The notes: generated from the letters alone by a model not told the origin. A stretch of DNA of 64,000 nucleotides from Eledone cirrhosa (GCA_964016885.1 OZ024743.1:16120001-16184000), one strand, 5' to 3'; positions 40,873 to 56,090 are shown, counted from the first letter of the stretch. Numbers and translations are program-made.

Positions 40873-41300
40873 TCATCATCATCATCAGGCTTAGCGTCCG
40901 TGTTCCACGCTTGCATGGGTTTGGACGGGGGTTTTCCCACTTGAGGCAAGAGTGGTTGTCTTGCTCGCATAGGACTGTCTGGCGGGTTTTCTACAGTTGG
41001 ATGCCCTTCCTAACACCAACCACATTTACAGTGTGGGGCTGGGAGGTTTTTACCGTGTTGCCTACACGGCCACATTACAGCGTGGACTGTCTGGCGGGTT
41101 TTCTACAGCTGGATGCCCTTCCTAACACCAACCACATTTACAGTGTGGGGCTGGGAGGTTTTTACCGTGTTGCCTACACGGCCACATTTACAGCGTGGAC
41201 TGTGTGTTTTTTTTTCGTGACACCTACACAATCTCATTTGTTTCGGCCTGGATGTTGTGGGACCAACATAACTTTACATTGAAGGGGCGGTGTGGATGGG
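40873..41300 (-). mobile_element. RTE 3' UTR fragment with ~113-bp internal tandem duplication
   Basis: (CAT)n tail; GGACTGTCTGGCGGGTTTT...CCACATTACAGCGT present twice (40972-41083, 41084-41196). Confidence 0.8.
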
Positions 41301-41344
41301 GTGGAGGTGGTGGGACGGGGGTGTGTTTTGATAGAGATGCCTAC

Positions 41345-42355
<1,011 letters not shown>

Positions 42356-44731
42356 GGTGGCTGCCAACTCGTTTTCGAGTACGGCCACTACTTTATATCC
42401 ATGTAGGAGAACCCCTACCGATGCGCTGAACGAATGTGACTTTTTAGTCCAGCCAGCGACTTGAAAACTCTGGTACAAAGACTACACTTGTGACCATTAT
42501 TGACACATAGTGCAGGGCACATGGTACCATGTGATGACAAGTGCTGAGAGATCTCCAGATATAAAGCAATGCCTGTGCTGTGAAGCTTTTATAGTGAGCA
42601 AAGGCACTGCACAAAGCCAGTCCCACTCTCTTAACCAAGATGATATTTACCAAAAAGAAGAACAAGTCAACATCATTGGATACCATCAGGGTTGCAGGTG
42701 TTATATCAGAGTTTTCCTTCTCCTAGAATTCTGCCTTGACAAAGGCTAAGGGGTCATCTCTCCCGGTGATTTTGGATGGCTATTGACTCTTAAGAGCTCC
42801 CTTGCCCTTTGACAGGTTTTGTTTTTAGTCCTGCAGGATGTCCAAAGTCACCCTCCTCACCAAGAAACCTTGGTGGTGTTGCCAGTTTAGTCGCCAACGA
42901 CCCGACCATGAGACAGGTTCTATATAATAATTCTATATAATAATTGGATGAGTTAACTCTCTGAAGTTAAGTGACACAACACTAAACAAAAATGGAATTG
43001 GAATTCATACACAAAGGTACAAACATACACAAACACATGCAGATATGTGTGTATACAAAACATTATATAAGAGGGATCAAGGCTCCTAGAATTTTATGAT
43101 GCAAATGACATAACTTCTCGAAACCTGGCAGCCACTTATTACCTATCAATTGGGTGAACGCACAAGTCAGATTGATTTTTCATTCATCAGAATATGGGAG
43201 AGACCCATGGTTATTAATATTGTGGTAGAGAGGAATGATGTGAGCAGTGACAATGAGAATGAATGACAAAGCATGGATAGGCTGAGAGAAAAAATGAGTA
43301 TAAGACTAAAAGGAATCAAATGTAGTATGAAAGACAGAACTGCACTTCTATGGACATGTGATGTGTTTGGATGAGGATTGTTGTATGAAGAAATTCCAAA
43401 ACATCCATGTGGGTGGAAGCTGCTGTAGGGGATGAGTCCCCAAAAAATCACGCTAATCGCAAATCACTGAATTTCTTGATGGGGAGATGTGCTGAACAAG
43501 ATCGATCCAACACATGCATACCTTGGAAAGTAGACATAAAATAATGATGATAATACATAAATATGCATCCGTATTGTTTAATGTCTATATTCCATGCTTG
43601 CATGGGTTAGATAGGCTGCCATGCTCTGAGGCTAGTCCTTTGGAACCAGCAATACTGCCTTAGAGTACTGACTGGGCACTTTCCATTGTGGCACAAGCAT
43701 AGCATTTTCCAGATTGGACTGGATGCATTATCAGAGCAACATCACTGTCAAAGTATTGATAAGAATGTACGGGTCATAACAGCATGGGAGAGGATGCTTT
43801 GCGTCATGGTGTGGCCTTGAAGAGTGTGAATCGCATCTAGTAGTGTATTATTAAGCATGCTTGTCTTTCTATACTGGCAAGAGTTGGACAAAGAAGGGAA
43901 TCAATCATGTGGATGGAAGTAGGAGGTACATATTTCATCCCAGCTGACAAAGGTTTCACAAGAAAAGGGAAGCAGGGATGTGGGAGGTTGGGAGGGAGAA
44001 GCATACTATAGGGGTGGGGCATTTCTTTCTGAGACTTTAGTGGTTGGACAAGGAAGTAGATTAAAAAATGTTGATGGAAAGAGCAATTTGTGAGTGGGGA
44101 AGATTAAGGTGAGGAAGGTGGACAGAAAAGTTGGGCCTCTTTACCTTTCCCCCTATTTGCATTTCACCCGAATTATGTGGGAAAGCGAGTCTTCGGTAGT
44201 ACAGTCTTTCTCCAGTTGATTTGATCCACAGTCATTTCCTTCATGGGATCAGTGTTTATCACAACCTCTATAGCTGGATGCCATGCGTGCATATATATAT
44301 GTCCACATACAGATATATTCACATATATATTTCTATTTTGGAATAACTTTAGTAATTGCTCTCCCTACAATATTCCATGACATCCCTCACTACAAGAAAG
44401 TTGACCTAGGTACCTTGATGTGGGATGAGACATATAACTCTGTGTTTGCAATGCAAATCTCACAACTACATGCGGCAATTATTTATTATCACTCATATAA
44501 TTATTTCCCTCATTATAGCAATGGAGAGTAACATAATAATAAAAAAAGAAAGAAAGAGAAACTTAGATGACTCATAATATTACTTCTAATTAGTACAAAC
44601 TTAAATAACGTTGAACTAGAAACCAAAGTTCAAACATCAAAATACTTCAGGAAAAAACACAATAACGCCAAGACATATCGGTAATTGAAAGTTCAAATCA
44701 TAAATACATGTGTGTGTATGTATACATATTT

Positions 44732-44807
<76 letters not shown>

Positions 44808-44971
44808 AGTGTATATTATAGTATATAATATATAGCATACATATATATATATATATAAGGAAAGAGAGAAAATAATGATGACATAAACAAATGTGGAAAA
44901 TATTGATAACTAATTATTTTCAATAATTGTTGTTTATAAATCAAACATTGAAGAAAACATAATTTTATGAC

Positions 44972-45070
<99 letters not shown>

Positions 45071-45273
45071 AGAAACAGAGATCGATGTTTCAGTTCAACA
45101 TATTTTATTCATTATCACAAGTAATATATGTTTCAACGATCACCAGCTCTGAGATCAATATATTGAATAAAAGTTTGATCTCTCTCTTAATACATATACT
45201 GCATATTTTCATTGGGGCTGCAACTGTTGGCACTTAGAGTAATTAGTATCACTCATCAATTGGTACTATATAT

Positions 45274-46492
45274 TCTAGGGTGGGTAAAATTCCCGAGATC
45301 CATGGACGAGTTCTCTCCAGCGGTCTCTGTTCCTAATTATCGCTGCCATATCCTGCGTTTCCAATAGACCAGTGTCTGTCCTTAGGGCATCAACATACGT
45401 TAACCTTGGTCTTCCTCTTCCAGTATGTCCATATAGGGGCTCCCACAGGAGCACTGAGATGGGGAAGAAGCTCAGGCACAACCAGAACGGCTTCAGAGAG
45501 GGAAGATCAACCACCAGTCACATCCTGATGCTGAGGAGGATATTACAGGGAGCTAGAGCAAAGTGCCTTCCGGCGGTCATGGTTTTCATTGACTTTAGGA
45601 AGGCCTTTGATTCTGTGGACCATCACTGCCTGCTGAAGATCTTACAGGCTTATGGAATCCCCAAGAAGATAGTGGACCTGATATCACTGCTCTACACCAA
45701 CACCAAAACCCAAGTCATTACACCTGATGGGATGACAGAGTTCTTTGAGATACTGGCTGGAGTGTTCCAGAGAGATACATTGGCTCCCTACCTTTTTATC
45801 ATCGTAGTGAACTATTGTATGCGCCTTGCACTGGAGAAACCCCAGGACTCTGACTTTACTGTAGCACCGGCTTAGAGCAGGAGAGGTAAGGCCAAAAAGG
45901 TATCAGATGCTGAATTTGCCGACGACATAATTTTGGTGACAAATAGAGTGAAGGAGGCAGAGGATTTGATGCAGGAGGTTGAGACTGTGTCGATGAGTGT
46001 GGGGCTGAGAATGAATGAGACTAAAACAAAATATTTGATAGAGAAAGTTGAGAAGCCAGAGGGGATATCTAATGTAGGCGGGAAGACGCTAGAATTGGTT
46101 GAGGACTTCCTGTATTTGGGAGCAAAGATTGGGAATACGGAAGATTATGTGGTTGGGAGGAAGAGCAAAGCCTGAGCGGAGTGCCAAAGCTTGGGATAAG
46201 TGTGGCAGTTGGACCTTCGTAAATACCTGAAAATACGCCTCTTCATTCCTGTAGTGGAGTCTGTGCTGCTGTACGGGTCTGAGACTTGGACACTGACCAA
46301 GAAACTCACTCAGATCGTGGATGGGTGCTACATGAGAATGCTGAGGATGGCTCTGAACATTAATCAGTATACTCGTACACTGAGGATGAAAAACTCAGAA
46401 TTGTATGGGAGTCTCCCAAAAGTCGGGTCAAAAGTGACACAGAGGAGACTGAGGTTAGCTGGACATGCTCACCTACATCCAGAGTTGACATT
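45274..46492 (-). mobile_element. RTE/RTE-X LINE insertion with 5' inversion: 3' end on minus (45274-45452), RT segment on plus (45453-46492)
   Basis: QNGFREGRST...FIDFRKAFDSV...GVFQRDTLAPYLF...EFADD...LLYGSETW...RRLRLAGH on plus; VLLWEP...RGRPRLTYVD...RDRWR* on minus; TSD GTACTATATAT. Confidence 0.9.
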
Positions 46493-46549
<57 letters not shown>

Positions 46550-46555
<6 letters not shown>

Positions 46556-48557
46556 ATACTTTGGGAGGGTCATGTTGCCAATAGGGAACACAAGCACCAG
46601 TTGTTTTCACTCCATTTTATTATAAATTAAATTGATAAATTTAAGAATTTATAAATTTCCGGTTAGTTGGTTGGTTCCACAACCGGACGGTTGTTCATAT
46701 ACATTGTCAAAGTTGTATGTGTCTCTATAGTTCTTTGGGGTTGCACATGCAGGACACGTTTCTCATCACCCGTACCAAATCCGTTGTATGTTGATTTTGG
46801 TGTTATCCGAAACAGCTGAGTTTCGGTGGATCAGATATGTGGAAGTCATTGGTTTGGCATAATGGGAATGGAGGATTTGTTTTTTGTTATTAATGGTTTC
46901 TAACCAGAGCTCTATGTCTAGTACAGGTAATCGATGGTTGGGGTGTTTGCTTGGGTAGTCTATAGTAACTCTAATACTGTGGTGGATGGAATTGGCTGTT
47001 TGCTGGATGCTTTCCATGGTGTTTTTCTCTAATACCTGACTGTTCTCTAGTGGGGGTCTTTTTACAACAATGTTTATATCATCATCTTAGCGGGAGTACA
47101 TTATCAGGGTTAAGAGGTTGCTCTCTTCTAATTGTTCTTTAAGTTTAGGTTTATTGTCCCACAATACCATGAATAGGTTAGCTATGTAACCTGCAATGCT
47201 AACACCAATGGCTGCTCCCTCCTCTTGGGCATATGTTTTTCAATTAAATTTGAACATATGTTCCTTAAGGGTTAGTTTTATACTGGCCTCCACCACATGA
47301 GAAACGTGTCCTGCATGTGCAACCCCAAAGAACTAGAGAGACACATACAACACTTCATGCACCGTATGCAGTTCTCTGGTTACAATCAGAGAGATACAAT
47401 CAGAGCATATAGAGGAGCCAGAACCAAATGGCAAAAAATGGTAAATAATGATACAAATGGTACCTGCTCTTTGTATAGGAGCAAATTCTGGAATATAATA
47501 GAAAGAACTAGGAATAGAATAAACTCATGGTATGATAGCAATAAATACCAGAGTGTAATGTTCATCGATACAACCCCTAGAGGTGAATTAGCTTACAAAT
47601 TTAGAAGGGCCCTAGATAAAATTAAACTTAATATTAAAATATTAGAAAGACCAGGTACCTCCATAAAAACACTTATTAGCAATACATACCCTTTTCAAAG
47701 ACCTCTCTGTATAGATAAGAAATGCATAATCTGTAAACTAAGCCCCCATATTAACTGTAACACTAGAAATGTAGTATATAGCATAAGATATACTGAAGGA
47801 CAATGTAAAGATAAGAATATAGTGTATATAGGTGAGACAGCTCGTAGTATAGGAGAACGGTTAAATGAACACTGGCGAGAGCTTCAAGATGAAAAAGAAT
47901 CACCAATACTCCACCAACATGCTAAAATAGAACATAAGGCAAATTAAAGAACATAGAAATAAAAATAGGATCTACACACAGAAAAGAAGCAATGTTTAGA
48001 CAAATCACAGAAGCAATAAACATAAATGAACTCCAACCAAAATTAAATAGAAAACATGAATGGAATAGCAACATCACAACTTACAATTAAGGACAAAATG
48101 AAAATACACACACACATAGAACAAACAACCAACCAGTAACATGTAAATAAACAAATAAATAAACAAATAAAAACACACGAAGGCACCCGGATGTAACACA
48201 TGCGCAAACTAAGCACACAACACACACAAAAACAAGATGGCGTAGGAGAGAACAAAGGAGAGGCACAAAACAAAGAAAATATTCCCCAGTCACTAAAGAG
48301 GTCACATAATGTGTGACGAAAGAACTTTGACAATATATGAACAACCGTCCGGTGCTGGAACCAACCAACCAACGGAAATTTATAAATTCTTAAATTTATA
48401 ATTAATTGGAGTGAAAGCAACTGGTGCGTGTGTTTCTTATTGGCAACATTACCCTCCCAAAGTATAACAATATTGCTTTTAACACACGTTTTCAGATAAA
48501 GAATCTTGCTAAACAAATTTCAGAAACGAAATTCTTGCTAAACAAATTTCAGAAACG

Positions 48558-48560
<3 letters not shown>
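46550..48560. mobile_element. PLE (resembles Naiad type) with inverted 5' part: RT thumb on minus (46712-47296), linker plus GIY-YIG plus 3' UTR on plus (47298-48560)
   Basis: IRVTIDYPSKHPNHRLPVLDIELW; MQFSGY...FIDTTPRGEL...KILERPGTS...CNTRNVVY...YIGETARSIGERLNEH; HHR-like 48289-48331 (core CTAAAGA). Confidence 0.88.
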
Positions 48561-48626
<66 letters not shown>

Positions 48627-48639
48627 GTACCAGTATCAT

Positions 48640-48671
<32 letters not shown>

Positions 48672-48678
48672 CAGTATC

Positions 48679-48755
<77 letters not shown>

Positions 48756-48927
48756 TACCAGTATCATTATATATATATATATATATATATTAGAAAGTGA
48801 GGTTTTTTTTACAAATTAAAAAATAACAGAGGTGTCCTACACGATTAAAAGTATAAAGAAAAAGAGATGAAATCGAAAATGCAACTGGAGTCTTATTTTT
48901 ATTTTAAATATATATATTTATTTGGTT

Positions 48928-48965
48928 CCTTTACCGGTTTTGCAGTTCTTCTGCTTTTCAAAAGG
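48928..48965 (-). ncRNA. U3-A8 variant minimal hammerhead (G12 mutated)
   Basis: CCTT-TTGAAAA-GCAG AAGAA CTGC-AAAA-CCGG-TA-AAGG. Confidence 0.55.
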
Positions 48966-49024
48966 TGAGTTGAGATGGAGGGTCTGTGGTTTTTCTCACA
49001 TATATATATATATAGTACCACTAT

Positions 49025-49159
49025 CATTTTTACAGCTTAGTAAACTGGAGCAACATGAAATAAAGTGACTTGCTCACAGGCACAACACATGCCACGATCT
49101 AAGAATTGAACTCACAACCTCCCGATTGCAAGCCCAATACCATAAGCCATGCGCCTTCA
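49025..49159 (-). mobile_element. 5' part of SINE family 1
   Basis: Reverse complement of the head and core at 17078-17220. Confidence 0.75.
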
Positions 49160-49569
49160 CACGCACACACATATAAAAATAAAATGCATGCTAGCATGGC
49201 AAATGGACTTTAAATGGTGACTTATTTTGGCAAGGGTGATACATTATTTTTCAATTATTTAGTTGCCTGTGTGTTCTACTTAGTGATGATGCACAGCATG
49301 AGAGATAACGTTTGCCACACCTTCCAATACTCAGCAAGTTATTCATGTTCTTTGGCAGGAAGAGGTTCTACGGTTGTAATTTTCAACTCTTGCTAGGATC
49401 AATTGGTTGACAGAGTTAGCTATTATTTCCAGTCGAGACTCCTTTTCTTTCCATAGATTAAATTTCCAATCTAGAGTTGAAGTTGCTTTATCCTCCTTGC
49501 AAACAGTGAATATGGAAAGCTTCTAATGTTCTGATTTGCTTCCTATTAGAGCATGCATGTTATATAATG

Positions 49570-49632
<63 letters not shown>

Positions 49633-49675
49633 CATGATAATGATATATGTATATATTTGTGTGTATATACGTATA

Positions 49676-51290
49676 TCATCATCATCATCACCACCGTTTT
49701 ACATCTATTTTCTACGCATCATGGGTTACACGAATTGTCCTGTTGTGGGCAATGCTAAGTCAGGTGACCATGTCATGCTCATACAGGACTCATGCTGGAT
49801 TGGTTTCTACAACTGGATGCCCTTCTTAACACCAACCTCATTTACAGTGTGGGATGGGGGTTTCACTGGATGCATTTACTGCAGCCTGTCCGCATGGGGA
49901 TGTGTGGGAGGTTAGGGTAGGGCCTAATGTATACATACTTCAACTTGTGTCCTTGGGAAGTTGGGTGTTCTGTATTAATGAGTATCACCAGAGAACTCAT
50001 TCCTGTGTCATCGCCTTTGACAAGTGCAATTGGGCAAGGGCTGCTTTTATCACCTCATCTCAAGTCTTCTTGGGTTTCCCCACACCAAGGATTCCATCGA
50101 CTTTCAGTGCTCTGCACCTTTTTCTACAGCTGTCATCCTTCATGTGTATCACATGTCCATACCAATGTAATCTCCTCTCCTGCACACAGCATTTGATTCC
50201 TTTTATGCTTAGTTTCTCACTCAGTTCATTTATGTTTTGTCGTTCTTGTATATTATTATTACACACCCATTGAAGCATGCAAGCCTCATTTCTTCCCAAT
50301 CTATGCAAGTCTTCTGCACACGGCACCCAGGTCTCACTACCATGCAACATTACTGTTGGTATACAGTCTGCCTTTCCTTCTGAGAGAAAAGCCTTTTGTA
50401 GCCAGCAGTGGTAGTAACTCCCTGAACTTCTTCTATCCTGATTTTACTCTGGCTACTTTACTTTCAGAAAACCCACCACCGCTGCTAATTTGGTCACCTA
50501 AGTACCAGAAGCTGTCTACTGTTTCTACAGAGCCCTCCCAGAATTTGGTAGCGCTTGTTCCTTGTGGTCATTTACTGCTTACTGTCCCGATGCAACTGTT
50601 ACATGTAAAGCCTACATTCTTAGCTAAACTTCTTAAGATTGCACTACATATATTGTGTACCCATAGCTTGCATATGGATGAGGCAGTGGATAGAGTTTCT
50701 ACCTACACCTTTCCTACATACTGAGCATAGCCATTGCCCCGGGGGGATCTGGGTTCTGTTTTTTCTTCTACTTACTAGGACCTCAGTCTTTGTCAGGTTG
50801 AATTTAAGACACCTTCTTCCCAGGCCCTGCTTCTATGTTTGGAATTGTTTTCTCTAGTTCTACTATGTACAGCAGTCCCCATGGGCAGCCGGTCTTAAAC
50901 TCCTCTGTTATAGCCTGCAAAACAATAATAATCAGATGCTGGTTAAGAAGAGAGCCCTGGTGGACACCAAGTTGCATGCTAAATTCCTCGCTATAGTCAT
51001 TGTTAATCCTAACTTTACTGACTACTCCTCTATACATGAGTATTACAGCCTTCACAAGCTGCTCATCTACTCCTAGTTTTCTAAGACCCTGCTACATTAT
51101 GTCACGGGGCACTCTGTTGAAAGCTTTCCCCAGATCAACAAATACCAGGTAGAGTGGAGTACCTTTAGCTAGGTAATTATCCTATAACTGTCTCACAAGG
51201 AAGAGGGCATCTGTTCCTAATCAATTGTGATATGATTCTTTCTGTTACTTTCATGACCTCAATCTAGTGCATCTCCTTTACCCTTGTAGG
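49676..51290 (-). mobile_element. Decayed RTE LINE (RT to 3' UTR, (GAT)n tail)
   Basis: FVDLGKAFNRVP...GVHQGSLL...MLHGSETW...VQERRLHWYGHV...GKPKKT; 3' UTR shared with SINE family 1. Confidence 0.9.
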
Positions 51291-51539
51291 GTAAAAGAGA
51301 TGTATTAGATGACAATGATGCCTCACTGCTAATCATTTTGTACGACTCGATCAAGTATTACTTTAAATATAAAAGAAACACTACATATGGGGTTTAGAAC
51401 TTGTGCAAAGTTAGTAATTCAAAGAAATTAAATTCGTTGACATTAAAATCCGTTAATCTGGTCTATACAATTTTTCTTAGAAAGAATTTCACTTCGTGTA
51501 GACAGAGACTAAAGCAGATATGGCAGATATTTAAGCAAT

Positions 51540-51961
51540 GTTTCTCAGATGCCAGTTTTCTCGACATTTCAGAGATTAACGCTCATAGCAACTCTTCCAG
51601 ATCGATTGTCATCCTCCAAGGATGTTCTTCTGATTTTGAAGTGCCCATTCCACTTGAAATATTGTGTATGACCCATTGCCAAAGCATGCTCAATGTGTCT
51701 GGAGCAGGCCTCTGAAGTTGAATGCAAAATTTCAGGTTGGCTCTTTGTTCCAACTTACTGTTCATGACAAATTCGCAATCTACAGCATACACATGATCAC
51801 ACAATCCCAAATATCACAACTTGCGAAGTGAACACAGCAAAGTCACTTCGCAGATTGGCACATGAATGTCATTTCTAGCTCTCACTGCTCACATAACTAT
51901 GTGTTTCCATCTGTAGGTGTGCTACAGAGCTAGTCCAGAAACCTTTTAATACCATCTCGTA
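51540..51961 (-). mobile_element. Mariner 5' remnant
   Basis: TA+CGAGATGGTATTAAAAGGTTTC TIR-like end; MNSKLEQRANLKFCIQLQRPAPDTLSML mariner N-terminus. Confidence 0.75.
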
Positions 51962-51976
51962 TATATATATATATAT

Positions 51977-52600
51977 CGTTTCTGAATTTGTTTAGCAAGA
52001 TTCTTTATTTGAAAACGTGTGTTGAAACCGATATTGTTATACTTTGGGAGGGTCATGTTGCCGATAAGAAACACACGCACCTGTTGCTTTCACTTCAATT
52101 GATTATAGTAAATTTATAAATTTAGGAATTTATAAATTTCCGGTTGGTTGGTTGGTTCCACAACCAAATGATTGTTTATATATTGTCAAAGTTCTTTCGT
52201 CACACATTCTGTGACCTTTTCAGTGACTGGGGATTCTTTTCTCTGTTTTTGTGCCTCTTCTTTGTTCTGTCCTACGCCATCTTGTTTTTGTGTGTGTTGT
52301 GTGCTTAGTTCGTGCTTTCGCAAACTAAGCACACAACACACACAAAAACAAGATGGCGTAGGACAGAACAAAGGAGAGGCACAAAAACAAAAAAATAATC
52401 CCCAGTCACTGAAAAGGTCACAGAATGTGTGACGAAAGAACTTTGACAATATATAAACAATCATTTGGTTGTGGAACCAACCAACCAACCGGAAATTTAT
52501 AAATTCCTAAATTTATAAATTTACTATAATAAATTGAAGTGAAAGCACAGGTGCGTGTGTTTCTTATTGGCAACATGACCCTCCCAAAGTATAACAATAT
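51977..52600. mobile_element. Palindrome of two PLE 3' UTRs (same family as 48205-48530), each with HHR motif (52185-52227 -, 52405-52447 +)
   Basis: Arms 52031-52310 and 52323-52600 are near-perfect reverse complements; core CTGAAAA. Confidence 0.9.
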
Positions 52601-52606
52601 ATTAAA

Positions 52607-52624
52607 TGAGAGGTCCACGTAAGC

Positions 52625-52680
<56 letters not shown>

Positions 52681-55600
52681 TGTGTGTAAAATAACAACAC
52701 AATCGGTACAGTATATGAAAGGGATATATTAGGTTAACGCTTGTTATAGCAGGAAGCGGGTCCTAACGTTTCGGATGCTAGTCCTTCATCAGAAGAAATA
52801 ATGAGAAATAAGATAGTTTGAGGGGACGGGCGGGATGGAATTGGGAGTGTCTTTAGATAAAATAACAGTCCATTCATGTTGACATCTCTTGCAAAACTGT
52901 TGGTGCTGGCGTTTTGTGTATGATTTATTTTTTAGAAAGATGGATGATGGAGCGCGTCTACCTGAAATGGAAAAAATAAACGTTTTGTGAAAAGAATTAT
53001 ACCTGTGCACGTGCGTAAGCGTGTGTTTGTGTGTGTGTATGTGTATGTGTGTGTGTGTGTGTGTGTGTTATTATACGTCCCTACGAAGCTAAGAAGAAAA
53101 GTGTGTATATGTGAGTAAAAGAGTGTGTGTGCATGTAAGTACGAAGCTATAATCAAAAGTAGGTTAATATAAGGGTGTGTATGTGTGTATACAGAGCACT
53201 AAAGGGAAAAGTGGAGTGAGCATTTATAGTCGGCATGTATTAGTTGTAAGGGAAGCTGCTAATGATCAACAGAAAGCGATAGGAATCAAGCGGTGTGATA
53301 ATGGACGGTGTATTAGCGAAATTGGGGAGGTGAGTTGAGGCAGGAGGGGAATAGGACCCAAGGCGGTGAATCCGACTTTGTTCTGTCCTGGTGCGCGTGG
53401 CCTGTGATCCATGATGTAAAAGAACACCCAGGACTGAAACATGTATGGAAGAATGACCAGCAGAACAGAAATGACGGGCGACAGGAGTATCCAAACCGAG
53501 TCGTATGTCCCTCAAATGTTCGGCAAAACGGTCCGCCATAAGATCCCGTTTGTCCGATATATAAAGACCCGAAAAGGGAACACCCGAGGGCACAGACAAC
53601 GTCGGTGGATGTGCAGGTGAAGGAATGGCGGATACGGAAAGACCCGTTATGGCCTGTAAGAGTGGTGAGGGTGGAAATAAAGGGACAAGTGTTGCAGCGG
53701 GAACGGGTACAAGGATAAGAGCCGGGTTGAGTCGCGGGAGAGGACGAAAAGGAACTGCGCACCAGGAGGTCGCGGAGGTTCCGGGCGCGCTTAAAAGCTG
53801 TAACGGGTGGGTTAGGAAAAAAGCGAGAAGTGACGGGGTCAGAAGAGAGCATACGGAAGGAACGGAGGATATGTCGCCGGAATGGTAGGGTGATGGGTGG
53901 TAGGTGAGAGGGAAAGGAACACAGGTGTTGGGTGGGCGGGTTTGAGGTGAGAGGGCTGTGGTGTGGTCTATTTCACGGGTGCGGGTGAGAGCAGCTTGGA
54001 TCACGGTGTGAGGGGGCGGGGTATCCACGCTGGATGACGCAGGAAGCCATGGGAAGGGAATGGGTTTCGAAATCGTCGTCCTGGCTACAGAGTCGACGAA
54101 GAAGGAGGAATTGAGAATAGGGTATGGAGTGTTTTGTGTGGGTTGGATGGGAGGAGGTGAATTCGAGATAAGATTGGGAGTCTGTTGGTTTAATGTAGAT
54201 GGAAGTAGAGAGAGTGATTAATAGATAGAGAGATATCTATAAAAGCGACAGAAGAATCGGAAACGGAGGCGGTGAAATTGAGAGAAGGATGGAAAGATTG
54301 GACAAAAGAATGAAAACAGTCGAGTTGTTCTGGGAGAAGATCTGGGCTTCGACGTAGCCAACAGAAATGTTGGCATAGTTTGGACCAATTCAGTTTCCCA
54401 TCGCTACCCCAGAGACCTGTTGATAAAATTCACCCGAAAAAGAAAATCCATTAAGGGTAAGAACAAGCTCAGCCAGACAGAGAAGAGTGGTAATGCTGGG
54501 GTAATGTGTAGGGTAAATCTAAAAAATGTGGAGAGCGCGGAGGCCGTCATCATGAGGGATGACAGTATAGAGAGAGATGATGTCCAGGATAAAGAGGTGG
54601 GAGGGACCAGTAGGGAAGGAGAAAGAGTTGAAGAATCTAAGGGCATGATTTGTATCATGGGTGTGGGAGGGGAGATTGCCGACCAACGGGGTGAGGATGG
54701 TGTCTAAATATTAAAAAATTATCTCGGTTGGGCAGTTGCACGCAGAAACGATAGGACGGCCAGGATTATTTTGTTTGTGTATTTTGAGGAAGAAGTAGAT
54801 GGTGCATGTGCTTACAATAAGGTTGGTGGCTGTGGGGGTAGGGAAGAGGAGGAGATAAGCTCGTGGATTGTGGAGGACACGAGTTGTTGTTAGCCAGGAG
54901 TGTTGTCGGGGGATAATGGGCGGTAAAATAGGGCATTCTGAAGCTGGCGGAGAGCCTCATCCCTATAGAGATCAGCGCTCCAAACCACCACAGCGCCACC
55001 TTTGATGACGATGTCATCGCGACGCCGAAGTTTGTGAAGAGCGGAGAGCTCAGTCCGCGTGATGTTAGAGCGACGAGAATGCTGGTGGAAACGGAACCGA
55101 TTCACTGTACGCCGGCAAGTATCGACAAAGGAGTCGAGGGTGCTGAACTGGCCAGAGCTCGGCGTCCAATGTGATTGCCGGGGATTGAGACGGGTGAAGT
55201 CATCCGTCTGTGTTGATGCTGGCGTGTCGGAAAAAAAGCTTTCAGGTTTAATCGACGGAAGAACCGTTCAATCTCGGCATGTGTGCGGCACTCGTCGCAG
55301 GTAGATGTGTTTGGTATTAAACGCAAACCACGGGCGAGGAGGGAGCGCTCAGCTTCGGAGAGTGGTAGGTCCTGAGGTATGGTGACTACAGTGTAGGGAC
55401 GTGAAGGAGTGAAAGAGACGGAGGCGGAGGGGTCAAGGTAGTTGGCCAAAGCGTGTGCAGATTCAGTGGTGAGGAGACGAAAGGGGAGGCAGGTGTAGGT
55501 GTCGGGATAGAGAGGTTAGGGTTGGAGGTGATATGATTATGGCTGGTGACGGCAGGCGGGGAGGGGAGAGAGCTGATTTTGTTGTTTTTTACGGAAGTGA

Positions 55601-56006
55601 GGAAATTGAAAAGAGGCGATTGAGGTAAAGGATGAATTGAGAGATCCACGTAAGCATATATATATATATATGTAAAATAACAACACAATCGGTACAGTAT
55701 ATGAAAGGGATATATTAGGTTAACGCTTGTTATAGCAGGAAGAGGATCTTAACATTTCGGACGCTAATCCTTCAACAGAAGAAAGAATGAGAAATAAGAT
55801 AAAAGGGGACGGGCGGGATGGAATTTGAAAATATGTCTTTAGATAAAATAACAGGTCCATTCATGATGACATCTCTTGCAAAACTGTTGGTGCTGGCGTT
55901 TTGTGTATGATTTATTTTTTAGAATAGTGCATGGTGGAGCGCGTCTACCTGAAATGGGAAAAAAACCGTTTTGTAAAATGAGCTATACTTGAGCACGTGT
56001 GTAAGC

Positions 56007-56090
<84 letters not shown>

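Noticed and set aside
47297-48560. Selenoprotein (UGA/SECIS) as reported for some Naiad PLEs
   Set aside because: No in-frame TGA in the readable segment and no SECIS fold recognisable by eye
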